In this document: in pieces, positions 8,224 through 17,792 of the stretch
Layout of the letters: the number at the start of each line of letters is the position of its first letter
Position numbering within the stretch: position 1 is the stretch's first letter
NCBI GenBank assembly: GCA_046758365.1
Contig: JBHIAC010000042.1
Location: 1 to 21,919, forward strand
Direction of reading: 5' to 3'
From: a bacterium
GTDB lineage: Bacteria > Zhuqueibacterota > Zhuqueibacteria > Oceanimicrobiales > Oceanimicrobiaceae
DNA: 21,919 nucleotides
The notes under the pieces: model-generated
What the model was told of the DNA's origin: nothing
Databases searched by the model: none
What the model saw: the letters and a program-made list of their open reading frames with translations, nothing else
Made by a program: the position numbers and the translations under genes

Positions 8224-10383
8224 TTGAAAAAGATCAACATAGCTTTTGGTATCCACAATCATCAACCAGTTGGTAATTTTGATTTTGTACTTGAGGAAGC
8301 CTATCAAAAGGCTTATTTGCCATTTCTTGAACTTTTAGAAAAGCATCCCAAGATTCGTGTAGCACAACACTACACCGGGATTCTATTGCAATGGATTCAA
8401 AAACACAAATCCGAATTCATCCCCCGTCTAAAAAAACTTGTTGAATCCGGTCAAATTGAGATGATGACGGGCGGATTTTATGAGCCCATTATCGCGGTCA
8501 TTCCATATAGAGATAAGATTGGACAGATAAATAAGCTTACTAAATTTGTTAAAGAAAAGATAGGTTACGAACCAAAAGGCATGTGGTTAGCAGAACGAAT
8601 TTGGGAACCGCATTTACCGAAACCATGTTATGAGGCTGGAGTCAAATACCTTGTGCTTGATGACTCTCATTTTAAAAACGCCGGACTTCAAGAACATGAA
8701 TTATTTGGTTATTACATCACCGAAGAAGAAGGAGCTACAGTTTATCTTTTTCCCATCAGTGAAACCCTTAGATACACCATCCCTTTTCAACCTCCTGAAA
8801 AGACTATTGAATATTTGCGCTCTTTGGCTACGGAAGATGAACAAACTCTGATTGTATTTGCGGATGATGGCGAAAAATTTGGTATCTGGCCGGGTACTCA
8901 TGAGCACTGCTATCAGAACGGATGGATAGAAAGCTTTTATCAGGCATTAGAAGCTAACTCAGATTGGATTAGGATCTTGCATTTTTCCGAAGCTCTGGAA
9001 AAAATTAAACCCTTAGGCCGCATATATCTACCAGCCTCGTCCTACCGAGAAATGATGGAATGGGCAATGCCTACAAAAGCCATTCATGATTATGAGAAAT
9101 TTGAAGAAAAACTAAAGCAGTGTGGTCTACATGAAAAATATAAAGTGTTTGTAAGGGGCGGTTTTTGGCGCAATTTTATGGCTAAGTACCCGGAGTCCAA
9201 TAATATGCATAAAAAAATGCTTCACATAAGTCACCGGTTAGCTCAACTTGAAAAAAGTAAAGGATCGGACGATAATTATAAACGAGCTCAAAACCATCTC
9301 TGGGCGGGCCAGTGTAATTGTCCTTATTGGCATGGTGTTTTTGGAGGCATATATTTAAATCATTTACGTTATGCCACCTATCATGAATTTATTCAAGCCG
9401 AAAGAATTTTAGATAAATTGGAAAGAAATCCGGCGCAATATGAAAATGGTTGGACCAATTATAAAGTATTTGATTATGATGGCGATGGATTGGAAGAAGT
9501 GGTTTTATCTAACAAAGCCTTGAATCTCTATTTCGCTCCTGAAAAGGGGGGAAGTTTATTTGAACTGGATTTCAAGCCTATGGCCATAAATTTACTCGAT
9601 ACCATGACACGGAGGGAGGAGAGTTACCACCAAAAGCTTAAAAAAATTAAAAATCACAGTAATAATCCGGATGAGTATTTACTAAGTATTCATGATTTAG
9701 CTGTATCAAAAGAGAAGGGACTTGAAAAATTACTTTTTTACGATTGGTATCGGAGAATGTCCCTGTTGGACCACTTTTTGAAGGAGGGTACTTCATTAAT
9801 AGAGTTTGCGGAAAGTAAATATACTGAAGAAGGGTATTTTATTAAAAAGCCTTATGAATATGAGATTGAAAAGTGTAAAAACGGTTTGATCTTACGTTTA
9901 TGGAGAAATGGCCAGGTTTGGAGAGAGGGGGAATTCCTGCCAGTGAGACTGGAGAAAATAATATCGCTGGTAAATTCAAAAGCGGAACTAAAAATTACTT
10001 ACAAAATAAAAAATTTAGGTAAAAATACTCATACTTTCTGGTTTGGGAGTGAATTGGATTTTGCTCTGTTGGCCGGGGATGCTGACAATAGATATTACAT
10101 TTTTCCAGGACATCATCTTGAAGATTCTCGACTAAGAAGTGTGGGTGAAGTTGTAAATTCAAATGAGGCACAATTAAAAGATGAATGGTTGAGATTATGC
10201 ATTTCAATCCAGTTAGAAACAGCCGGAAGTTTCTGGAGATTCCCTATTGAGACGATCTCTCAATCAGAAAGTGGATTTGAGCGTGTTTATCAAAGTTCGG
10301 TGGTTTTTCCAAATTGGAAATTTAAATTGGAACCTGAAAATGTGTGGGAAAACACTGTGTCAATATTAATTGAAGAATTATAG
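8224..10383 (+). CDS. GH57 4-alpha-glucanotransferase / alpha-amylase
   Basis: HNHQP, WLAERIW (nucleophile Glu), DDGEKFG (acid/base Asp), SYREMMEW, QCNCPYWHGVFGGIY, and C-terminal SQSESGFERVYQ. Confidence 0.93.
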   Translation: MKKINIAFGIHNHQPVGNFDFVLEEAYQKAYLPFLELLEKHPKIRVAQHYTGILLQWIQKHKSEFIPRLKKLVESGQIEMMTGGFYEPIIAVIPYRDKIGQINKLTKFVKEKIGYEPKGMWLAERIWEPHLPKPCYEAGVKYLVLDDSHFKNAGLQEHELFGYYITEEEGATVYLFPISETLRYTIPFQPPEKTIEYLRSLATEDEQTLIVFADDGEKFGIWPGTHEHCYQNGWIESFYQALEANSDWIRILHFSEALEKIKPLGRIYLPASSYREMMEWAMPTKAIHDYEKFEEKLKQCGLHEKYKVFVRGGFWRNFMAKYPESNNMHKKMLHISHRLAQLEKSKGSDDNYKRAQNHLWAGQCNCPYWHGVFGGIYLNHLRYATYHEFIQAERILDKLERNPAQYENGWTNYKVFDYDGDGLEEVVLSNKALNLYFAPEKGGSLFELDFKPMAINLLDTMTRREESYHQKLKKIKNHSNNPDEYLLSIHDLAVSKEKGLEKLLFYDWYRRMSLLDHFLKEGTSLIEFAESKYTEEGYFIKKPYEYEIEKCKNGLILRLWRNGQVWREGEFLPVRLEKIISLVNSKAELKITYKIKNLGKNTHTFWFGSELDFALLAGDADNRYYIFPGHHLEDSRLRSVGEVVNSNEAQLKDEWLRLCISIQLETAGSFWRFPIETISQSESGFERVYQSSVVFPNWKFKLEPENVWENTVSILIEEL

Positions 10384-10392
10384 GATTTAGTC

Positions 10393-11970
10393 ATGAAAAA
10401 ATTCAAAACGAGATACTTAATAATTTTTGCGCTCTTGCTTGGCATAAGTTTTAAATTGGAGCTCTGGGCGACTGGCGGGAATATCTATGACCAAATCCAG
10501 CGCTTTATGCAAGTAATCCAGGTCATAAAACAGTATTATGTTGAGGATGTAGAACCTGAAAAGTTAGTGACGGGTGCTATCAAGGGTATGCTGGAAGAAT
10601 TGGATCCCCACACGGTTTATATACCGGCCGATCGCATGAAGGAGATCAATGAACAGTTTGAAGGAGAGTTTGAAGGAATTGGGATTGAGTTTGTGGTTAA
10701 TAATAAAATTCCTACCGTGATTGCACCTATCATTGATTCACCGTCTGAACGCTTGGGTTTAAGACCGGGAGACCGAATAATCAAAATTGAAGGCGTTTCA
10801 ACCTACGGAATTACTGAACAGGAAGTTATGAACAAACTTCGAGGCCCAAAGGGTACTCAGGTTACAATCACTGTACAACGCCCTGGCCTTGAAGAATCAT
10901 TCGATTTGACCATTACCAGGGATAAGATTCCAATTTACAGCATAACAGCCTCTTTTATGATTGATAAAAAGACTGGTTACATTAAAGTTGGTAGGTTTGC
11001 CAAGACCACAGACGATGAATTTGAGAGAGCGCTAAAAGAATTAGAGTTGCTTGGAATGAAATGTCTGATTTTAGATTTAAGAGGTAATTCTGGTGGATTT
11101 TTAGAGCAAGCTGTGGCAATGGCTGATAAATTCATCGATGGCGGAAAACGGATCGTTTACACTCGTGGACGCATCCAGGGTTCAAATGAAGACTATTATT
11201 CTACCACCGAGAATACCCACCGTAAATTCCCTTTAATTATATTAATTGATCATGGTTCGGCTAGCGCTTCTGAGATTGTTGCTGGTGCAATCCAGGATTG
11301 GGATCGTGGTATAATCGTGGGTGAAACAAGTTTTGGAAAAGGCTTAGTTCAGAGTCAAATCAATCTTAAAGACCATTCAGCTCTCCGTGTCACGACCGCG
11401 CGGTATTACACGCCAAGTGGCCGACTTATTCAGCGTTCTTATGATAATGGATTGCCTGATTATATTTCTGAAGCTTATGATGATTTTGATCCGAATGCAA
11501 ATTCCGATAGTACCACAAATAGGCCAATTTTTACTACAAGTACAGGCCGAAAGGTTTTTGGGGGTGGAGGTATCACGCCGGACATACATATTAAGAGTGA
11601 TCGGATAACAAAGACCACCGGCCATCTAATCCGAGGACGAATATTTCTCGATTATGGCTCGAGTTATACGACTACACACCCGGAGTTAAAGCGTAACTTT
11701 ATTACATTCAGAGACGAATTCAGTGTTAGTAATTATATGCTAAGCGAGTTTAAAAAATTGGCATTATCTAAAGAAATCCCATTAAACGAAGAAGATTTTA
11801 AAAAAGACCTTACATTTATTAAACATCGAATTAAAAGTCAAATCGCGAGGCATCTTTGGAGTTCTAAAGAATATTATCAAGTTGAAGTTGCAGAGGATAG
11901 ACAAATTCAGGAGGCTTTGAAATATTTTTCTGAAGCCGCGATTATGGTAGGGCTCAATATAGAAGGTTAA
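10393..11970 (+). CDS. ctpA: S41 family carboxyl-terminal processing protease (PDZ + protease)
   Basis: LDPH, GIG PDZ motif, LDLRGNSGG, SASASE (Ser), FGKG (Lys), YYTPSGR and GGITPD. Confidence 0.92.
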   Translation: MKKFKTRYLIIFALLLGISFKLELWATGGNIYDQIQRFMQVIQVIKQYYVEDVEPEKLVTGAIKGMLEELDPHTVYIPADRMKEINEQFEGEFEGIGIEFVVNNKIPTVIAPIIDSPSERLGLRPGDRIIKIEGVSTYGITEQEVMNKLRGPKGTQVTITVQRPGLEESFDLTITRDKIPIYSITASFMIDKKTGYIKVGRFAKTTDDEFERALKELELLGMKCLILDLRGNSGGFLEQAVAMADKFIDGGKRIVYTRGRIQGSNEDYYSTTENTHRKFPLIILIDHGSASASEIVAGAIQDWDRGIIVGETSFGKGLVQSQINLKDHSALRVTTARYYTPSGRLIQRSYDNGLPDYISEAYDDFDPNANSDSTTNRPIFTTSTGRKVFGGGGITPDIHIKSDRITKTTGHLIRGRIFLDYGSSYTTTHPELKRNFITFRDEFSVSNYMLSEFKKLALSKEIPLNEEDFKKDLTFIKHRIKSQIARHLWSSKEYYQVEVAEDRQIQEALKYFSEAAIMVGLNIEG

Positions 11971-12014
11971 GAAGTGTTCTCTATCGGATTGATAATTGTA
12001 AAATAAAAAAAATG

Positions 12015-12043
12015 TTGACTTTTAAACAAAAATTATTTATACT
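12015..12043 (+). promoter_or_regulatory. Putative sigma70 promoter for exbB-exbD-exbD-tonB
   Basis: TTGACT-17 bp-TATACT with an A-rich upstream tract. Confidence 0.65.
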
Positions 12044-12119
12044 TTTGTAAATTTTAAGAATAGAAAAAAAATAATTCGGGTTCTTTTTATTTACAAATTC
12101 AAAGGGAGGAAAAAAAGTA

Positions 12120-12758
12120 ATGGATCTATTGCAACTTTTCAACAAGGGTGGATTTATGATGTGGCCAATTCTCGTTTTGTTGATTTTTGGCATTGCTATC
12201 AGTTTAGAACGATTGTGGACTCTTTCACGTGCATCAATTAATACTCGAAAGTTTTTAGGAACAATTAAAAATGCATTAAGCGAGGGGGGAGTGGAGGCGG
12301 CTACTGAGGTCTGTGCAAATACGCGCGGCCCTGTCGCGTCTATCTTTCACGCCGGTTTATTACGAGTCGACCGAGGTATCGAGCATGTTGAAAAAGCCAT
12401 CATGAATGCTGGTACTATTGAAATGGCATTTTTAGAAAAAGGACTGGTCTGGCTTGCTACAATAGTGAGTATCGCGCCTATGCTTGGGTTTCTTGGAACC
12501 GTTTGGGGCATGATTGAAGCCTTCAATGCCATTGAAAAAGCGAATGATATTTCTCCTTCCATTGTTGCAGGCGGAATTTCTGTAGCCTTGTTGACGACTT
12601 TATTTGGCTTAATCGTGGCAATCATTACTCAATTCTTTAACAACTTTTTCGTTTCAAGAGTCGATAAGCTTATCGTGGATATGGAAGAAAGTTCTGTCGA
12701 TTTCGTGGATACTCTCATTGAAATGGAAAGAAAGAAAAAGGGTGCTTTAGCTGCTTAA
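12120..12758 (+). CDS. exbB: MotA/TolQ/ExbB proton channel protein
   Basis: GG.MMWPI, APMLGFLGTVWGMI.AF and GISVALLTT.FGL. Confidence 0.92.
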   Translation: MDLLQLFNKGGFMMWPILVLLIFGIAISLERLWTLSRASINTRKFLGTIKNALSEGGVEAATEVCANTRGPVASIFHAGLLRVDRGIEHVEKAIMNAGTIEMAFLEKGLVWLATIVSIAPMLGFLGTVWGMIEAFNAIEKANDISPSIVAGGISVALLTTLFGLIVAIITQFFNNFFVSRVDKLIVDMEESSVDFVDTLIEMERKKKGALAA

Positions 12759-12846
12759 GAAACATTCAGATGATCCTGAATAACGAAGGGGGTATTTCAA
12801 ACAAATTCGTACATATTTGAATTTATTGATTACGGAGATTCATTTT

Positions 12847-13248
12847 ATGTTAGTCGAAAAGAAAAAATCTCGGTCAGCCGAGATACCTTTGGCTTCCCTG
12901 GCTGATATAGCATTTCTTTTGTTGATCTTTTTTCTTGTTACCACAACAATAGATGTAGACAAAGGAATTGGTCTTACCCTGCCGGCTAAAGGTCAGGAAA
13001 CCAAAGTACGGAGCAAAAACATTACCAACCTGCTGATAAATGCTCAAGGAGAAGTCCTTTTGGACAACGAAATTATTCAAATTGAAGAAATCAATCAAAT
13101 TGTAAGAAGAAAAATTGATCAGAATCCCAATCTCATAATTTCTGTAAAAGCCGATAGAGAAACAGAGTATGATGTTTATGTCAAGGTTTTGGATGAATTA
13201 AAAGTTGCCGAAGCTACCCGTATCTCTATCGCAGAACCGGAAAAGTAA
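12847..13248 (+). CDS. exbD: ExbD/TolR family protein
   Basis: SLADIAFLLLIFF transmembrane helix with the conserved Asp, and KAD..Y..VLDEL. ATG 12847 chosen over TTG 12817. Confidence 0.9.
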   Translation: MLVEKKKSRSAEIPLASLADIAFLLLIFFLVTTTIDVDKGIGLTLPAKGQETKVRSKNITNLLINAQGEVLLDNEIIQIEEINQIVRRKIDQNPNLIISVKADRETEYDVYVKVLDELKVAEATRISIAEPEK

Positions 13249-13295
13249 TTACATTAATAATAAAAATATTTTTTTGAAAGTAGGAGAGAGAAAAG

Positions 13296-13709
13296 GTGAA
13301 ATTTGAAGGTAAACAAAAAGCTCAATCCGGCATACCTTTAGCATCTCTGCCAGATATTGTATTCTTACTTCTGATTTTTTTCATGGTGTCTTCCGTATTC
13401 AAAGAATTTTCAGGTTTACCAATTAGGCTTCCGGATGCCAGAAAAATTGAAAAATTACAAGGAAAGAGAGATGTAGCCTATTTATGGGTTGGTAAGGATG
13501 GACAAATCTCCATTGATGATAAATTAATCGACTTAAAAGATATTTCGACAATTATGTATCAAAAACGTATTGATCCCATGCATCCGTTAAAAGTAGTCTC
13601 TTTAAAGATCGATAAAAACACCAAAATGGGCTTGGTGACGGATATCCATGAAGAATTAAGAGAAGCAGATGCTTTAAATATTAATTATTCAGCTAAACCA
13701 GCATTATGA
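13296..13709 (+). CDS. exbD: ExbD/TolR family protein (second copy)
   Basis: SLPDIVFLLLIFFMV and KIDKNTKMGLVTDI..ELR. Confidence 0.9.
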   Translation: MKFEGKQKAQSGIPLASLPDIVFLLLIFFMVSSVFKEFSGLPIRLPDARKIEKLQGKRDVAYLWVGKDGQISIDDKLIDLKDISTIMYQKRIDPMHPLKVVSLKIDKNTKMGLVTDIHEELREADALNINYSAKPAL

Positions 13710-13718
13710 GGTAGTATT

Positions 13719-14357
13719 ATGAAAAAAAATCCCGAAGCAAATTTAAAATTAAAATACCGCGAGGTATTTGAGCTTAGTTTAGTCCTTGCTCTAATTCTCA
13801 TGGTGGTTTTGTTTCAGTTGTTCCGCGCAATCAAATTGGAGGCGACGGAAACAGAAACCGTTGATGTCACTATTGAGGTTGAAGACATTCCTCAAACCGA
13901 ACAGATAAAGTTACCTCCACCACCACCAAAACCATCAATTCCAATTCCGACAGAAAGTGAGGATGTACCCGAAGACGTGACTATTGAAACTACGAATTTT
14001 ATCGATTTGACTGAAATTCCTCCACCTCCGGAACCCTTAGAAGATGAAGGCGCTGCAATTTTTGTGGCTTACGATGAACCTCCGCAGCCTATTGGTGGCT
14101 TTGCTGCGATTCAAAGGGCTTTGAAATATCCAGAAATTGCTCGTAAGGTTGGAATTGAGGGGCGCGTCATTGTACACGTTTTGGTATCAGAAAAAGGGGA
14201 AGTCATTCAAACAAAAATACTTAAATCTCTTGGACATAGCGGGTGTGATGAAGCTGCGGTCACAGCGATCAGAAGCGTGAAATGGAAACCAGCGCTACAA
14301 AGAGATAAACCTGTAAAAGTTTGGGTCAGCATTCCTGTTATTTTTAAGCTAAGATAG
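13719..14357 (+). CDS. tonB: Energy transducer TonB
   Basis: N-terminal TM helix, Pro-rich linker, YPEIARKVGIEGRV...WKPA...V.V.IPV.F.L. Confidence 0.92.
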   Translation: MKKNPEANLKLKYREVFELSLVLALILMVVLFQLFRAIKLEATETETVDVTIEVEDIPQTEQIKLPPPPPKPSIPIPTESEDVPEDVTIETTNFIDLTEIPPPPEPLEDEGAAIFVAYDEPPQPIGGFAAIQRALKYPEIARKVGIEGRVIVHVLVSEKGEVIQTKILKSLGHSGCDEAAVTAIRSVKWKPALQRDKPVKVWVSIPVIFKLR

Positions 14358-14390
14358 ACCTGTGTCATAAAAATGATAAATTTAGTTTCT

Positions 14391-14423
14391 AAGCGGTGCT
14401 TTTTGTAGGAGCACCGCTTTTTT
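14391..14423 (+). terminator. Rho-independent terminator
   Basis: AAGCGGTGCT-loop-AGCACCGCTT followed by a T-run. Confidence 0.8.
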
Positions 14424-14458
14424 ATTTCAATTCATGGTCTTAATTGCCTTAGCATTTC

Positions 14459-15010
14459 ATGACCAAATTTTCAAAAAAAAGAAAGCTATTGTACCTCTCG
14501 CGCCTCTATTCCTGTACACCTCTAATTTATTTCTTAGTTAATGTCGGGTGTTTTAATCCCTTTGCGCCTGAATTGGATAAATCCCTGGACACTTCTAATG
14601 TAATAACTGAACAACTAACACCGGATGAAGTACTTCAAAATTTTAGATATGCCTACACATTTAAAGATTCGTTACTTTACAGTGATGTTTTGGATGAATC
14701 TTTTGTGTTTGAGTATTTCGATCCAAATTTAGGACCTTCTGGTGGATTTGTTACTTGGGGAAGAGATGTTGATCTCAAGACGACTGGCAGACTTTTTAGA
14801 ACTTTTGATGTGATTGAATTGGTTTGGTTGAATAAGATTTTTTCTACAAGGGACGGTAACTTCGAAAAAATTTTTATTCGGTTTAGTTTAAATCTTTTTA
14901 GCTCGGAGTTCAATTTTATATTGACAGGTACGGCGATTTTTACTTTTGCACAAAGTGAAATTGATGAAAAATGGCGTATTGTGCATTGGAAAGATGAGTC
15001 AGATTTATGA
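14459..15010 (+). CDS. Hypothetical lipoprotein (possibly NTF2/SnoaL-like)
   Basis: VG-C-FNPFAP lipobox-like motif and a WRIVHWKD end. The fold is a guess and the start is uncertain. Confidence 0.6.
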   Translation: MTKFSKKRKLLYLSRLYSCTPLIYFLVNVGCFNPFAPELDKSLDTSNVITEQLTPDEVLQNFRYAYTFKDSLLYSDVLDESFVFEYFDPNLGPSGGFVTWGRDVDLKTTGRLFRTFDVIELVWLNKIFSTRDGNFEKIFIRFSLNLFSSEFNFILTGTAIFTFAQSEIDEKWRIVHWKDESDL

Positions 15011-15015
15011 GGTTT

Positions 15016-15042
15016 GGAATAAATATTTAAAACTTTGTGTTG
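15016..15042 (+). promoter_or_regulatory. ECF (SigR/SigH-type) autoregulatory promoter
   Basis: GGAAT (15016-15020)-exactly 18 bp-GTTG (15039-15042), directly upstream of a SigR-like sigma gene. Confidence 0.7.
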
Positions 15043-15084
15043 ACATCTTTTGGACATAATTGGAGCTCTAAATTTTTAGGAATA

Positions 15085-15678
15085 ATGCCATACATTTCTA
15101 ATAAAAAAACTGATTCCGCTAATCAAAAAAGGCAGGAGTTTGAGGAATTAGCTTTTGAGTATATGAATTCTTTATATAGCACAGCTTTGAGAATGACAAG
15201 AAATGAACTTGATGCAGAAGATTTGGTGCAAGATGTTTATGTTCGTGCATTTCGATTTTTTCATAAATTTGAAAAAGGAACCAATTTTAAAGCATGGATT
15301 TTTAAAATACTAACCAATACCTACATTAATCAATACCGGAAAAAGTCTCGAGAACCCCTTCAAGTCTCATTTGAAAAAGTTGATTATACTATAGCAGGAA
15401 TAGAAGAAACTAATTTACATAAACAGAATCTTGATGAAATAAATTATAATGGTATTTTTGATGATGAAATTCAATCTGCTTTGGCTCAATTGTCTAGTGA
15501 ATTTAGAATGGTGGTCTTATTAGCTGATGTTGAAGAATTTACCTATAAAGAAATCGCTGAAATTATTGAATGCCCTATTGGTACTGTGATGTCAAGATTG
15601 TCCAGAGCGCGACGACAGCTTCAAACTCATTTAAAAGAATATGCCACTAAACATGGTTTCATCAAAAATTCAAAGTAA
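15085..15678 (+). CDS. ECF sigma-70 factor, SigR/SigH (ECF12)-like
   Basis: LYSTALRMTRN..DAEDLVQ..Y..A.RFF..F..GTNFKAW..KILTNTYIN.YRK and YKEIAEI..CPIGTVMSRLSRAR. ATG 15085 lies downstream of the ECF promoter; the track start 15037 overlaps it. Confidence 0.9.
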   Translation: MPYISNKKTDSANQKRQEFEELAFEYMNSLYSTALRMTRNELDAEDLVQDVYVRAFRFFHKFEKGTNFKAWIFKILTNTYINQYRKKSREPLQVSFEKVDYTIAGIEETNLHKQNLDEINYNGIFDDEIQSALAQLSSEFRMVVLLADVEEFTYKEIAEIIECPIGTVMSRLSRARRQLQTHLKEYATKHGFIKNSK

Positions 15679-15732
15679 GAGTATTCGATTACGTGAATTA
15701 TTTAATAGATTAAATGGAGGTATTGTAAAAAG

Positions 15733-16407
15733 ATGAAAAAAGATTGTTATTATTTTGCCCCTTTGATTACAGGTTATATCGATAATGAGCTGGCGACTTC
15801 GATTAGAAAGGAGGTAAAAGTTCACTTAGATGGTTGTCCAAACTGCTATCAAAGTTATTTAAACGAAAAGAAATTAAAGGAGACAGTACAAGAGAAATTA
15901 CCCACATTGAAAGCTCCTATGTATTTGCGTAGGCGTATTCGCCGTCAATTAGTCCGAAATGGCGAACGGCCTAGTTTTTTGGAGTTGATGCAAACCGTAT
16001 TTATTTATCGTCCGGTCGCCGCCTCATTTGCTTTGGCTGTAATGGCTTTTCTCGTTCTATTCCCGACATATCGAATGATGGTAGAAGGCTCTACTCATGT
16101 ATCATCGAATCTGACCAAAGTCGAAAATAGTGCCAAATCTGGTGAACTAAAAGGTGAAATTATTTGTTTAGACTGCGAAATCTTATCCCACAGTGAAGGA
16201 GTTAGTAAAGGACAGTACAAACACGACCCAGCAACACATCGATCTGGATTGAAATCTGAAGATGGTACTATTTGGAGTTTTGTTCATACGAACGCAACCC
16301 ACGAATTATTGCACAATCCAAAATATTTAAAAAAGAAAGCTCAGATAACGGGAACATTGTTCAAGAATTCCAGATTTATTTTCGTTAAGGGCTTTGATTT
16401 GCTTTAA
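15733..16407 (+). CDS. Zinc-binding anti-sigma factor (zf-HC2) with TM helix and extracytoplasmic CxxC/His domain
   Basis: C..........YIDNEL...HLDGCPNC (HxxxCxxC), AP..LRRR, TM VAASFALAVMAFLVLF, C-terminal GEIICLDC...H...H. Confidence 0.85.
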   Translation: MKKDCYYFAPLITGYIDNELATSIRKEVKVHLDGCPNCYQSYLNEKKLKETVQEKLPTLKAPMYLRRRIRRQLVRNGERPSFLELMQTVFIYRPVAASFALAVMAFLVLFPTYRMMVEGSTHVSSNLTKVENSAKSGELKGEIICLDCEILSHSEGVSKGQYKHDPATHRSGLKSEDGTIWSFVHTNATHELLHNPKYLKKKAQITGTLFKNSRFIFVKGFDLL

Positions 16408-16420
16408 ATCTTAATCAATA

Positions 16421-16730
16421 ATGTGCAAAACTCTCTTTTCATTGCTGCTTGATTCTTTCTTATCTTGTAGTTCATCTCAACTTTTTACTGGGGCGTGGAC
16501 TCTTGCTAAAGGACGTCTCTGGGTTTACACTTCACTCTTCATTCATTGGAGTCCGCTATCGTATTTTATCCAAACCTTTGGTATCTACGGTAAGAATCGG
16601 GGCCAAAACCCCCACAGGCTTTTTTACAAAAGATTCAGAAGTTATTCCTATTGGCGATGGTCACCGGGTCTTTGCAGGCAGAACCATTTGTAAAATTCAG
16701 CCTTTCAGGAAAAAATTATCCTACCGGTGA
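16421..16730 (+). pseudogene. Decayed outer-membrane/secreted protein gene remnant in two frames
   Basis: Frame 1 has a signal-like N-terminus then GAWTLAKGRLWV. Frame 2 has GVRYRIL...IGAKTPTG.......PIGDG, resembling beta-barrel strand motifs, but the region is far too short for a barrel. Confidence 0.45.
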
Positions 16731-16764
16731 AATTTTTGGGTAAATATTTCACAAAAAATAAATT

Positions 16765-16796
16765 AACCCTGAAGGTTATACTTTCAGGGTTTTTTT
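16765..16796 (+). terminator. Rho-independent terminator
   Basis: AACCCTGAAG-loop-TTTCAGGGTT followed by a T-run. Confidence 0.8.
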
Positions 16797-16808
16797 GTAC
16801 AAAAAAGA

Positions 16809-16837
16809 TTGACAAAATGTAAAAATATCAATATCTT
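16809..16837 (+). promoter_or_regulatory. Putative sigma70 promoter for the lipid kinase operon
   Basis: TTGACA-17 bp-TATCTT. Confidence 0.65.
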
Positions 16838-16889
16838 TAACCTGTTAAATTAAGGCTTTTTCTACAGAGAATTTCACAACGGCACATTA

Positions 16890-17792
16890 ATGAAAAAAAA
16901 GACAACTATAATTTTAAATCCCATTGCGGGTGGGATAAGAAATAAAGAAAAGGTCATACATTTCGTGGTAGATTACTTTACTCCAAAAGGCCATGAGATT
17001 ACTTTAAAACAAACCTCGAGACGTGGTGAAGCAACAAAATTTGCACAACAAGCTGTAAAAGACAAAACCGACTTCGTAATAGCCATTGGGGGTGATGGTA
17101 CTATAAATGAGGTTGGTTCTGGACTCGTGAACACTGCAGTCCCAATGGGAATCATCCCTTTCGGTTCTGGCAATGGTTTGGCCCGAAGTTTAAATATCCC
17201 ACAAAAAATGGAACCCGCCTGCCAATTAATTTTAGAAGAAAATATTTTTTCAATAGATGTCGGTAAGGCCAATGACCGTTATTTTTTCGGCGTGGCTGGC
17301 GTTGGATTTGATGCGGTGGTTGGTAAAAGATTTAATGAATTTTCCAGACGGGGACCTATTCCCTATTTTTATCTTAGCGCTAAAGAATTTTTTGTGTATA
17401 AACCGGAATGGTTAAAAATTTGTTTTGATGGTAACATTTTGGAAATAAATCCATTTGTAATTGCAGTTGCTAATGGGCAGCAATATGGAAATGGCGCAAT
17501 CATTGCCCCTGAGGCAAAAATAAATGATGGTCTATTCGATATTTGCATTGTTCATCAACTTACATTTTTACAATTATTCAGCGCCATTCCTAAATTGTTT
17601 AAAGGTCAAGTTCAAAAATATCGCTATGCAGAATTTCACAAATGCCCGGCTGTCACGATTGAACGCAAAGAACCTGCATTAATCCATTTAGATGGGGAAC
17701 CAGTATTAGATAAACCAATGGTGAAAATTTTATTATTGACTAATGCTTTAAATGTCATTGCCTCTAAAAATAGCCCTTGCCTGTCTCAGTGA
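16890..17792 (+). CDS. Diacylglycerol kinase family lipid kinase (YegS/DagK-like)
   Basis: NPIAG, GGDGT..EV, GSGNGLARSL, GFDA, QYGNG...AP.A..NDG and DGE. Confidence 0.92.
   Translation: MKKKTTIILNPIAGGIRNKEKVIHFVVDYFTPKGHEITLKQTSRRGEATKFAQQAVKDKTDFVIAIGGDGTINEVGSGLVNTAVPMGIIPFGSGNGLARSLNIPQKMEPACQLILEENIFSIDVGKANDRYFFGVAGVGFDAVVGKRFNEFSRRGPIPYFYLSAKEFFVYKPEWLKICFDGNILEINPFVIAVANGQQYGNGAIIAPEAKINDGLFDICIVHQLTFLQLFSAIPKLFKGQVQKYRYAEFHKCPAVTIERKEPALIHLDGEPVLDKPMVKILLLTNALNVIASKNSPCLSQ

Noticed and set aside
15040..15074. TTGACA as a sigma70 -35 for the ECF gene
   Set aside because: No -10 at 16-18 bp spacing; the same bases are better explained as the GTTG of the ECF promoter.
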